Shown one piece after another: positions 18,041 to 26,353 of a DNA stretch of 64,000 bases (the first letter of the stretch is position 1; every line of letters starts with the position of its first letter). The DNA comes from Candidatus Nealsonbacteria bacterium. Lineage in GTDB: Bacteria; Patescibacteriota; Minisyncoccia; Minisyncoccales; RBG-13-42-11. The DNA is taken from assembly GCA_026396115.1 (NCBI GenBank), contig JAPLXL010000005.1:137316-201315 (forward strand). The letters run 5' to 3'. The notes beneath the pieces were generated by a model that ran no database searches, was not told the origin of the DNA, and saw only the letters and a program-made list of their open reading frames with translations. Made by a program: the position numbers and the translations under genes.

Positions 18041-19693
18041 ATGTATAAACCAATTATCGGCCTGGAAACCCACGTAGAATTAAATACAAAAACAAAGATG
18101 TTTTGTTCTTGTCCGAACGATCCTGATGAAAAAAGGCCTAATGTTAATATCTGTCCGACATGTACTGCGCAACCGGGGACGCTTCCTGTGATAAACGAAG
18201 AGGCAGTAAAAAAGGTAATAAAAACCGGTTTAGCTTTAAATTCTCAAATTCCCGAATACTCCAAATTTGACAGAAAGAATTATTTTTATCCCGATTTACC
18301 AAAAGGTTATCAGATTTCTCAATTGTATCAGCCTCTCTGCAAGGAGGGATTTTTGGAAATTGATGGAAGAAAAATTAGGATAAGAGAGGTTCATTTAGAA
18401 GAAGACACTGGCAGATTAGTTCACCCCGAAGGTGCAGACTATTCTTTGGTTGATTTTAATCGCGCCGGGATTCCTTTAATGGAATTGGTTACCGAGCCCG
18501 ACATTACTTCAGCCAAAGAAGCAAGAAAGTTCGCTGAAACCCTGCATTTAATTTTGCACTATCTTGATGTTTCCGATGCCGATATGGAAAAAGGCCAAAT
18601 GCGAGTGGAGGTTAATATTTCTCTTACCGAACTTTCGCGCAGCGAAAGCGAAGGTGAAGAAGAGGATTTATCCTCTTCGTCCACCGAGCTTCCGTTTACG
18701 GAAGCGAAGGTGAAGAAGAGTACGAAGAAAAGTTTTTCTTCTTTCGTCTCGTCTTCGACTCGACGAACGAAGTTCTCTTCGCCCAGCAAAAATGAAAAAT
18801 TGGGCACAAAAGTTGAAATTAAAAATTTAAATTCTTTTCGGACAGTAGAGCGAGGGATTGATTACGAAATTAAGCGGCAGACGGAATTGCTGGAATCCGG
18901 CAAAAAGATTGTTCAGGAAACGCGCGGCTGGGACGATGTTAAAGGAATAACCGTCAGTCAAAGAGAAAAAGAAGAAGCTCATGATTATAGATATTTTCCC
19001 GAGCCGGATTTGCCGCCGCTTCATTTTTCAAAAGAATTTGTTCAAAAAATTAAATCTGAAATTCCGGAGCTTCCCACCCAAAGAAGGGAGCGCCTTAAAA
19101 AAGAATATGGTTTATTGGACAAAGAGGCTGAAATTTTTGTTTATCATAAAAATTTAGGAGAATATTTTGAAAAAGTAGTATCCGAACTGCCGCCCAATCT
19201 GTCACAGGAAAAACTTTCAAAACTAATTAAACTCACCTCTAATTATTTAATTTCCGACTTGCAGGGATTATTAAAAGGACAATCGGTTACCGAGCGAAGC
19301 GAGGTGAAGAAGAGGGCAAAGCCCTCCTCGCCTGACGCCAAGAACTTTTTAATTACTCCGGAAAATTTCGCTGAATTCATCACCTTAATCTACGATGGAA
19401 AAATTTCCAGTAAGATTGCCAAAATGGTGCTCTTGGAAATGTTTAAAATCGGAGCCGACCCTTCAAATATTATTGAAGAAAAGGGATTAACTCAGATTAC
19501 CGACAAAACCGAGATTGAAAAAATTATTGAAGAGGTGATTAATAATAATCCAAAACCGGTAGAGGATTACAAATCAGGAAAAGAAACCGCTTTCCAATTT
19601 TTAGTTGGCCAAATAATGGCAAAATCAAAAGGAAAAGCCAATCCTCAAATCGTAAATAGACTCTTAAAGGAAATCTTGACAAAAACAAAATAA
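18041..19693 (+). CDS. gatB: Asp/Glu-tRNA amidotransferase subunit B with element-derived insertions
   Basis: IGLETHVEL, FDRKNYFYPDLPKGYQISQ, HLEEDTG, DYRYFPEPDL. Confidence 0.96.
   Translation: MYKPIIGLETHVELNTKTKMFCSCPNDPDEKRPNVNICPTCTAQPGTLPVINEEAVKKVIKTGLALNSQIPEYSKFDRKNYFYPDLPKGYQISQLYQPLCKEGFLEIDGRKIRIREVHLEEDTGRLVHPEGADYSLVDFNRAGIPLMELVTEPDITSAKEARKFAETLHLILHYLDVSDADMEKGQMRVEVNISLTELSRSESEGEEEDLSSSSTELPFTEAKVKKSTKKSFSSFVSSSTRRTKFSSPSKNEKLGTKVEIKNLNSFRTVERGIDYEIKRQTELLESGKKIVQETRGWDDVKGITVSQREKEEAHDYRYFPEPDLPPLHFSKEFVQKIKSEIPELPTQRRERLKKEYGLLDKEAEIFVYHKNLGEYFEKVVSELPPNLSQEKLSKLIKLTSNYLISDLQGLLKGQSVTERSEVKKRAKPSSPDAKNFLITPENFAEFITLIYDGKISSKIAKMVLLEMFKIGADPSNIIEEKGLTQITDKTEIEKIIEEVINNNPKPVEDYKSGKETAFQFLVGQIMAKSKGKANPQIVNRLLKEILTKTK
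18625..18784 (+). mobile_element. Composite of three element copies (two tandem, one nested reverse), in frame in gatB
   Basis: Copy 1 at 18625-18682; copy 2 at 18682-18784 whose hairpin 2 is split by a degenerate reverse copy at ~18721-18765. Confidence 0.85.
19288..19332 (+). mobile_element. Short element copy, in frame in gatB (TERSEVKKRAKPSSP)
   Basis: TACCGAGCGAAGCGAGGTGAAGAAGAGGGCAAAGCCCTCCTCGCC. Confidence 0.85.
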
Positions 19694-19704
19694 AATGATA
19701 TAGT
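19676..19704 (+). promoter_or_regulatory. Putative sigma70 promoter (extended -10)
   Basis: TTGACA-17 bp-TATAGT with TG upstream of -10. Confidence 0.65.
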
Positions 19705-19774
19705 TCTTTCTATAGTCAGTTCTTTTTATTTCTAAAATATTTTATATTAAGAAAAGAAAAAGGAGGAAGAAAAG

Positions 19775-20173
19775 ATGAAAAAAAGGGAGAGGAGAATAGA
19801 AATTCTGCCGCATCCAAACGATGCGTACGGATTTCTAGTTGTTTTTCCTTTTATCAAAAGGAAAAACGCCAAGGAAGAGGTAGAAGAAATTCGAAAAATG
19901 GTTATGGTGGATTTACTGGAGCGAAAGTATCTACCAAAACCGACCGAGGTTGAGAAACGAGATGGATTATATTGTTTTTTGGTCGCAGTTAAAGAATCGC
20001 GATCAGAGTTACTGGAAGATTTGAAACAGGCCTTGAATAGAGCTTTGGAAAGAAAAGTAAAAAAAGTTTACTGGGGCGAGATTTCCATCAAACAGGCTCA
20101 ACATCTGGCCCAAAAAGGGTTTGCCGTGTTATGCGATGGCGACAAAAAATTATCTATTCTTGAGAGAGAATAG
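19775..20173 (+). CDS. Hypothetical protein
   Basis: 132-aa ORF with own promoter, AGGAGG SD at 19761-19766 and downstream terminator. Confidence 0.7.
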   Translation: MKKRERRIEILPHPNDAYGFLVVFPFIKRKNAKEEVEEIRKMVMVDLLERKYLPKPTEVEKRDGLYCFLVAVKESRSELLEDLKQALNRALERKVKKVYWGEISIKQAQHLAQKGFAVLCDGDKKLSILERE

Positions 20174-20179
20174 ATAATT

Positions 20180-20224
20180 AAAAAAGGAGGGAAGACTGAA
20201 TTCAGTTTCCCCTCCTTATTTTTT
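20180..20224. terminator. Bidirectional terminator between convergent genes
   Basis: AAGGAGGGAAGACTGAA/TTCAGTTTCCCCTCCTT hairpin with flanking A and T tracts. Confidence 0.65.
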
Positions 20225-22256
20225 CCAAAAACGCTTTTGTTAGTTTTTCAGCCTTCTTGTAATTTTTAAACCAATGAATGCGGTCATCTTTCTTAAACCA
20301 GGTTAATTGCCTTTTGGCGAAATGTTCAATTTCTTTTTGAAGGAGATTAATCATTTCGTCGTATTCCAATTTTTTTTGAAGATATTGCGCGATGAAACGA
20401 TATTCCAAGCCAAATTCTTCAAGTCGTTTCCAGAAAATTCCTGCTTTGCGGAGTTTTTTTACTTCCTCAATCATTCCTTCCCCTTTTAATCTTCTTAAAA
20501 GTCGTTTATTTATTAGTTTTTTCAATTCTTCTTTTTCTTTTTTAATTCCTAACATTAAAACAGGATAGGGAAGAGGATTTTTTTTGGAAACAGGCACCGG
20601 TTTTTTTGTTTTAATCACAATTTCCAAAGCCCTGATTAATCTTCTTCTGTTGTTCTTATCAATTGTTTTTGCCCTTTTTGGGTCAAGTTTTTTCAATCTA
20701 TTAAAAAGCTCATCCGTGCTTAGTTGTTCGAGATTCGATCTCAATCGCCAATCTGGTTTTACTTCGGGGATGACTATTCCGTCTAATACGGCTTGAATAT
20801 AAAATCCAGTTCCCCCGCACAAAATCGGAATTTTTCCTTTCTTAAAAATTTTATTTATTGTTTTAATTGCCAGCTTTTTGTATTGAACAACAGTAAATCT
20901 TCTTTTTGGACTGGCTACATCTAAAAGATAATGTGAGATATTCTGCATTTCTTTTTTGGTTATTTTGCCGGTACCGATATCCATTCCTTTATAAACTTGC
21001 CTTGAATCAGCTGAAATTACTTCTCCATTGAATTTTTTGGCTAATCTTACTGCTAATTCCGATTTTCCTGAGGCAGTGGGCCCTAGAATAACAATCAATT
21101 TTTTCAATGGACTAACTCCGGGTTTTATATCGTTGGGTTTTTCAGCATATTGTTGAATTATTTCTCTTAATATTTTTTCTCTTTTCTTTTTTTCTATTAA
21201 AGGGACACTGTCTTTCATTTTGAAAGCGGCGGTTCCCGAACGAGGGGAGTATTTGGAAATATAAGCCCAGTCAAATTTATTTTTTTTGAATAATTTTACC
21301 GTATTCCGGAACTGTTTTTTGGTTTCTCCGGGGAATCCGACAATTGCATCTGTTGAAAGTTTAACTGGCGTGATTTTGGCCCGTATTTTTTTGACCAGAT
21401 TTTTATATTCTTTTACAGAATAATTTCTGTTCATTTTTCTTAAAATTTTGTCATCCCCGGACTGGACAGGCAAATTTATATATTTTCCGAATTTTTTACA
21501 ATTAACTAAAGTATCAATCAGTTCATCGGAAAAATTACTGGGGTGAGGAGAGGTGAAAAGAATTTTAAAATCACCGGGAATATCATCAGTCATTTTTAAA
21601 AGTTTAGCAAAATTAATTTTGGGATTGGTAGGCGAAGAGGATATATCCTCTTCTTCACCCTTCGCTGCGGCTCGAGTAGGTGATTGATAATCATTAACAT
21701 TTTGGCCCAAAAGCCAAATCTCTTTGAAGCCATTTTTTACTGCGTTTTCTACTTCCTTTAAAATTTCTTTATGGTCGCGGCAAACTAGAGGTCCTCGCAC
21801 AAATGGAACAACACAATAAGAGCAGAAATTATTGCAGCCATTAGAAATAGGAACAAAAGCCATCGATTTTTCTCGGTATTTAGTCAAAGAGCTAAAATCC
21901 TTTTCTTTACCCTTCGTTGCGGCTCGGGTTGGTGAATACTTTAATAAATCTTTAAACTTTAAAATTTGATCAAATCCCTTAGCAAATTTTTGTCTATCTT
22001 TTTTTAAAATACAACCCGTGAGAATAGTTTTAAGTTTTGGTTTTTTGTTTTTAAGCGTTTTAAATTTGTGTAATAATCCATAAACCCTATCCACTGCCGA
22101 TTGTCTGACAGAACACATATTAACCAGAATCAAATCCGCCCCATCTTTTTTTGGGGCCTCTTTATAGCCCTTTCTTTCTAAAGCAACAGCAATCCGCTCA
22201 GAATCAGCTTTATTCATCTGGCAGCCGTATGTAATTATAAAATATTTACCCTGCAT
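20202..22256 (-). CDS. miaB-miaA: MiaB-MiaA fusion: tRNA methylthiotransferase (no TRAM domain) plus tRNA dimethylallyltransferase
   Basis: N-term TYGCQMN, NMCSVR, GCNNFCSYC, IVGFPGET; C-term GPTASGKS, SADSRQVY, GGTGFY, FAKRQLTWF in one ORF. Confidence 0.88.
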   Translation of the reverse strand: MQGKYFIITYGCQMNKADSERIAVALERKGYKEAPKKDGADLILVNMCSVRQSAVDRVYGLLHKFKTLKNKKPKLKTILTGCILKKDRQKFAKGFDQILKFKDLLKYSPTRAATKGKEKDFSSLTKYREKSMAFVPISNGCNNFCSYCVVPFVRGPLVCRDHKEILKEVENAVKNGFKEIWLLGQNVNDYQSPTRAAAKGEEEDISSSPTNPKINFAKLLKMTDDIPGDFKILFTSPHPSNFSDELIDTLVNCKKFGKYINLPVQSGDDKILRKMNRNYSVKEYKNLVKKIRAKITPVKLSTDAIVGFPGETKKQFRNTVKLFKKNKFDWAYISKYSPRSGTAAFKMKDSVPLIEKKKREKILREIIQQYAEKPNDIKPGVSPLKKLIVILGPTASGKSELAVRLAKKFNGEVISADSRQVYKGMDIGTGKITKKEMQNISHYLLDVASPKRRFTVVQYKKLAIKTINKIFKKGKIPILCGGTGFYIQAVLDGIVIPEVKPDWRLRSNLEQLSTDELFNRLKKLDPKRAKTIDKNNRRRLIRALEIVIKTKKPVPVSKKNPLPYPVLMLGIKKEKEELKKLINKRLLRRLKGEGMIEEVKKLRKAGIFWKRLEEFGLEYRFIAQYLQKKLEYDEMINLLQKEIEHFAKRQLTWFKKDDRIHWFKNYKKAEKLTKAFLEKIRRGN
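21629..21678 (-). mobile_element. Element copy, in frame in the miaB domain (RAAAKGEEEDISSSP)
   Basis: TAGGCGAAGAGGATATATCCTCTTCTTCACCCTTCGCTGCGGCTCGAGTA; GTAGG repeats at 21628 and 21676. Confidence 0.88.
21881..21929 (-). mobile_element. Degenerate element copy, in frame in the miaB domain (TRAATKGKEKDFSSLT)
   Basis: TAGTCAAAGAGCTAAAATCCTTTTCTTTACCCTTCGTTGCGGCTCGGGT. Confidence 0.8.
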
Positions 22257-22400
22257 TTATTTACTCTTAAAGTTAAAAGTGCCTTAGGTTTTTTGAAGAA
22301 ATTTCAATTTATTTACCTAAAGCACTTTTTTGGTTCCCCTACTGAGGTTTTTTTCTTTTTTTGGTCTTTTAGATTTTTTCTTTCTCATTTTCTATCTCCT

Positions 22401-22742
22401 TTAATTAGTTTCTATTTTCCAGACATCTTCTGAATAGTTTTGTTTTATATCTTGAAGAAAAGACCTAAGGGCTCCCTCGTAGCACAATTCAATGTTTTTT
22501 AGATCAATCTCTTCTCTTTTTTTGGAATGTTTTTTGTCATTGCCATTGCCATATTTGTCTTCAAATATATCGAGCGGCGTCCTGAAACTGCTGAGCATTT
22601 TAATATACTTCTCTCGGATTTCTTTCCACCATTTAGAATACTCTTTGGGAGGAGAAGCCCGAGCGTTAAAGATCTCTGAATTAAATTTTTCTCCTTTGCA
22701 TGTCCATTTCGTCTTGAGCAGAATGTTCCATCTTATATCCAT
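22401..22742 (-). CDS. Hypothetical protein
   Basis: 113-aa ORF with AGGAGGTG SD at 22750-22757 (- strand). Confidence 0.6.
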   Translation of the reverse strand: MDIRWNILLKTKWTCKGEKFNSEIFNARASPPKEYSKWWKEIREKYIKMLSSFRTPLDIFEDKYGNGNDKKHSKKREEIDLKNIELCYEGALRSFLQDIKQNYSEDVWKIETN

Positions 22743-22818
22743 CTGATTTCACCTCCTTTTGTTCAGCAGACTTTTTTCCTCAGTAGAAGGTTTTTAAAAG
22801 AACTCAAATTTATTCATT

Positions 22819-22869
22819 TACCGAGCTTCCGAAGGAAGCGAAGGTGAAGAAGAATAAATATTCTTCGCC
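22819..22869 (+). mobile_element. Intergenic element copy
   Basis: TACCGAGCTTCCGAAGGAAGCGAAGGTGAAGAAGAATAAATATTCTTCGCC. Confidence 0.88.
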
Positions 22870-22897
22870 TGTTATATTATACTACCTTTAGTGTATT

Positions 22898-24526
22898 TTA
22901 ATGTATTTCCTCTTTTTTCTCCTTTAAGAAATATCTCCATTGTTCTAAAAATTCTATAAATATCTCAAAAGGCAAGTCCACCAAAGCGCTGAAAAAAACA
23001 GCTATGGCGTTATATTTTTTCCATTTATTTGACAGCCATTGGCCCAAACCAACAATCGGCAAAAATAAAATATCAAAAATAAAACTGAAAAATCCGGCTT
23101 TCTTTTCTTCAACCGTAAGCTCTTCTCCTCTGTTTCTGATTGCCAGTCCGGCAAAAGCAACTAAGGCCACAGATATAAGATTAATAACCATTGAGGTTGG
23201 TGGGAATTTGGCCCATTCAAAAATTGCCACTATAACTCCTATTGAAACTGAGGCTCCTATAAGATATAAAAGAGCGATAAAAAATTTAACCAAAGAACCT
23301 CTTTTTTTAGGAACTTTTATTTCGTAAATATCGGTTTTTTCTGTTTTATAGATAATTTTCATTGTTTCAAGCAATACTATTTCTAAATTACTTTTTGAGG
23401 GGGGCTTGATTGTTGCTACCAAAAGAAACATTAAAAAAGTTGATTCTAAAATATCTACAACTATGGTCAGGGGCGAAAAAGTCCTGCCAGTCATTTTAGC
23501 TAAGGGAATTTCTAAAACATAAAGAGCAGCAATATTGGTTAGAAAAATAGATAAAGTAGAGTAAACGGCTGCCCTGAAAAGGCGTTGTTTTAACGTAGAC
23601 GATCTTTTATTATAAGCTTTTTTAATTGATTCTTCTAAATCTTCCGGTTTGGAAATTTTCTCATAAATTTTTGCCGGGTTTTCTCCAGAGATTAAGATGT
23701 CTCCCAATAACAAATAAGGAGTATCATATCTTTCGCAGATTTTATAAAACTTGTCTTTTAAATGGTGGTTTAATTCTTTTTCTAAACTTTCCCAGATTGA
23801 AAAAATATTTTGAGCTATTTCGTGAAGTTTTGCGGTTGGGAGATCGGCCCACTGCCCTTCCCTCTTTTTCAAAAGATGATAAGTAATTATTGGTGAATCC
23901 AATTTAAAAAGAGCTCTTTGGACGGCAATATAAATTTGTCTGTTCTTTTCTTCTTCTGTCATTCCTCCAATTGAAATTACTCCTTGTTGTACTCTTATTT
24001 TATCTATCATTGATTCTGTCATGTAATCAATCAGATCTCTTTCTTTGTGAGAAGGAGAAAGAATTTCTTCGATTTCACAAGCAGTAATACTGAGCAGCCA
24101 ATTATAAAGTTGCATCTTCTGTTTTTCAGAACCCTTCGCTATCGCTCGGGAAGATGATGGGTTATTTTCTAAAATGTAAATATATTTGTTTAATATTTTT
24201 TCAACATCGCCAATTTTCGTTTCTTCTATGTTGTCGTTGGGAAAATGACCTCCTCTGATTAATTCCAAAATAAGGGGTTCTGAAATATTTTTTCCTTCTT
24301 TTGCCAAAAGAAATCTCCGTTTTAAAGTTCTGGCAATAGCCCCCCTTTTCATTAAATGTTCTTCTTGCCAATCAACAATTGCTCTTAATTTTTCGTAAAA
24401 TTCGGCAACTCTTGAAGCGACTTCATCAACGTGAATAAAGGACACATTTTCTTTCTTTTCAAGAGATTGGTACCAAGCTTGATATTTTTGAATTAATTTT
24501 TTAGTTGATTGAGAAATTTCCGGCAT
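22898..24526 (-). CDS. Hypothetical membrane protein (CPR-type)
   Basis: 542-aa ORF, soluble N-terminus (FYEKLR..VDWQEEHL), C-terminal TM helices; downstream of thrS. Confidence 0.75.
   Translation of the reverse strand: MPEISQSTKKLIQKYQAWYQSLEKKENVSFIHVDEVASRVAEFYEKLRAIVDWQEEHLMKRGAIARTLKRRFLLAKEGKNISEPLILELIRGGHFPNDNIEETKIGDVEKILNKYIYILENNPSSSRAIAKGSEKQKMQLYNWLLSITACEIEEILSPSHKERDLIDYMTESMIDKIRVQQGVISIGGMTEEEKNRQIYIAVQRALFKLDSPIITYHLLKKREGQWADLPTAKLHEIAQNIFSIWESLEKELNHHLKDKFYKICERYDTPYLLLGDILISGENPAKIYEKISKPEDLEESIKKAYNKRSSTLKQRLFRAAVYSTLSIFLTNIAALYVLEIPLAKMTGRTFSPLTIVVDILESTFLMFLLVATIKPPSKSNLEIVLLETMKIIYKTEKTDIYEIKVPKKRGSLVKFFIALLYLIGASVSIGVIVAIFEWAKFPPTSMVINLISVALVAFAGLAIRNRGEELTVEEKKAGFFSFIFDILFLPIVGLGQWLSNKWKKYNAIAVFFSALVDLPFEIFIEFLEQWRYFLKEKKEEIH
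24131..24150 (-). mobile_element. Partial element copy (left end) inside the 542-aa ORF
   Basis: CCCGAGCGATAGCGAAGGGT on - strand, similar to the copy at 47428. Confidence 0.55.
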
Positions 24527-24529
24527 AGA

Positions 24530-26308
24530 TTATTTAATTTTAGCTAAAAATTTGTTTAATTTCATCAAACCAATATCTCCTTCTCCCCTTTTTCTTATTC
24601 TAACCGATTTTGTTTCTAATTCTTTATCTCCAACTACCAGTAAATAGGGGATTTTTTGAATTTCTCCTTCCCGGATTTTTCTTGAAACGGTTTCATTTTC
24701 ATCTTTTATAACATTGCGAATTTGCCCGAATTTACCACTAATTTCACTAATTTTTTTTGAAACCTCTCGAGCGTATTTTTCGTGTTTTGAACCCACCGGA
24801 ATAATCCAGATTTGTTCGGAAGAAAGCCAAAAGGGCAGAGCGCCGGAATAATATTCAAGTAAAACCCCAATAAATCTTTCCAGGGAGCCCAAAAGGGCGC
24901 GGTGAATCATGATTGATCTTTGTTTTTCTCCTTTTTTATTGATATAGTTGACATCAAATCTTTCTGGCAAATTAAAGTCAACTTGAATTGTGGTGCATTG
25001 CCATTCTCTTTCTAAAGCGTCTTTAATTTTTATATCAATTTTCGGACCGTAAAATGCGCCACCACCTCTATCAACTTCGTATTTCAAATTCAGTTTTTCT
25101 AAAGCGTATCTCAGAGAATTTTCGGCTTTTTTCCAAATTTTTGGATTCCCTACATATTTTTCAGGTTGAGTAGAAAGATAAACATTAAGTTCTTTGAAGC
25201 CAAATGTTTTCAATATTTTAAAAGTCAATTTAAGGGCTGAGACAAGTTCATCGGAAAGTTGTTCTGGAGTACAAAAGATATGAGCATCGTCTTGGCTTAT
25301 CTGTCTTACCCGGACCAAGCCGTGTAATGTTCCCGATTTTTCATAGCGATAGACCGTTCCCATTTCAGTATAACGCAGAGGCAGATTTTTATAACTTCTA
25401 ATTTTGGTTTTGTAAATAGCAATATGAAAAGGACAATTCATCGGCTTTATTTGATAATCATCTTTTTCTTCTTTGCCGATTTCTGCCATATGAATAGGAG
25501 GCATCATATTCTCTTTATAAAAATCAGTATGCCCCGAAACTTTCCAAAGATTTAATTTGGCTATATGAGGAGTATCTACCAATTGATAACCATTTTTCAA
25601 ATATTCATCTAAAGCGTAATCCATAATAATTTTCTTTAATAATGCTCCTTTGGGGTGCCACAAAATCAATCCCGGTCCGATATTTTCATCGATATGAAAT
25701 AAATCCAATTTTTGGCCTAAAATTCGGTGATCTCTTTTTTCGGCTTCAGCTTCTTTTGAAAAATGATTTTGCAATTCTTTTTTGGTTTGAAAAGCAATTC
25801 CGTAGATTCTGGTCAGCATCAAGTTTTTTTCGGAACCCCTCCAGTATGCTCCGGCAATTTTAGTTAATTTAAAAGCATCCGGATTAATTTCTTTTGTAGA
25901 TTTCAGATGAGGTCCCAAACATAAATCAATAAATTTTCCAGATTCATAAACAAATATGGGTTGCTTGGCTAAGCTAGGCGAAGAGAACTTCGTTCTCTTC
26001 TTCACCTTCGCTTCTTGCGGAAGCTCGGTGAGCAATTCTAATTTATAGGGTTGATTCTTGAATATCTTTTTAGCTTCGGATTTGGTAATAATTTTCTTTT
26101 TAAAGACAATATTCTGTCTTATGATTTCTTTCATTTTCTTTTCAATTTTTGGTAGATCTTCAGGCGCGACGCTTTTTGACAAATCAAAATCGTAGTAAAA
26201 CCCATTTTCAATTGCAGGCCCAATACCAAACTTGGTTCCGGGATATAATTCCTGGACCGCAGCAGCTAAAATATGGGCAAGGGAATGACGAATAGTTTCA
26301 ATTTTCAT
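24530..26308 (-). CDS. thrS: Threonine--tRNA ligase (no TGS domain)
   Basis: RHSLAH, DLCLGPH, RDHR, KPMNCPFH, YRYEKSG.LHGL.RVR, FYGPKID, IHRA..GS.ERF. Confidence 0.97.
   Translation of the reverse strand: MKIETIRHSLAHILAAAVQELYPGTKFGIGPAIENGFYYDFDLSKSVAPEDLPKIEKKMKEIIRQNIVFKKKIITKSEAKKIFKNQPYKLELLTELPQEAKVKKRTKFSSPSLAKQPIFVYESGKFIDLCLGPHLKSTKEINPDAFKLTKIAGAYWRGSEKNLMLTRIYGIAFQTKKELQNHFSKEAEAEKRDHRILGQKLDLFHIDENIGPGLILWHPKGALLKKIIMDYALDEYLKNGYQLVDTPHIAKLNLWKVSGHTDFYKENMMPPIHMAEIGKEEKDDYQIKPMNCPFHIAIYKTKIRSYKNLPLRYTEMGTVYRYEKSGTLHGLVRVRQISQDDAHIFCTPEQLSDELVSALKLTFKILKTFGFKELNVYLSTQPEKYVGNPKIWKKAENSLRYALEKLNLKYEVDRGGGAFYGPKIDIKIKDALEREWQCTTIQVDFNLPERFDVNYINKKGEKQRSIMIHRALLGSLERFIGVLLEYYSGALPFWLSSEQIWIIPVGSKHEKYAREVSKKISEISGKFGQIRNVIKDENETVSRKIREGEIQKIPYLLVVGDKELETKSVRIRKRGEGDIGLMKLNKFLAKIK
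25975..26030 (-). mobile_element. Element copy, in frame in thrS ([18 protein letters not shown])
   Basis: TAGGCGAAGAGAACTTCGTTCTCTTCTTCACCTTCGCTTCTTGCGGAAGCTCGGTG. Confidence 0.9.
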
Positions 26309-26310
26309 AA

Positions 26311-26351
26311 ACCGAGTTTTTATTTATAAAAACGAAGGTGGAGAAGAGATA
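26311..26351 (+). mobile_element. Truncated element copy in the dnaE-thrS spacer, with AT-rich hairpin 1
   Basis: ACCGA-GTTTTTAT-TT-ATAAAAAC-GAAGGTGGAGAAGAG. Confidence 0.7.
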
Positions 26352-26353
26352 CA

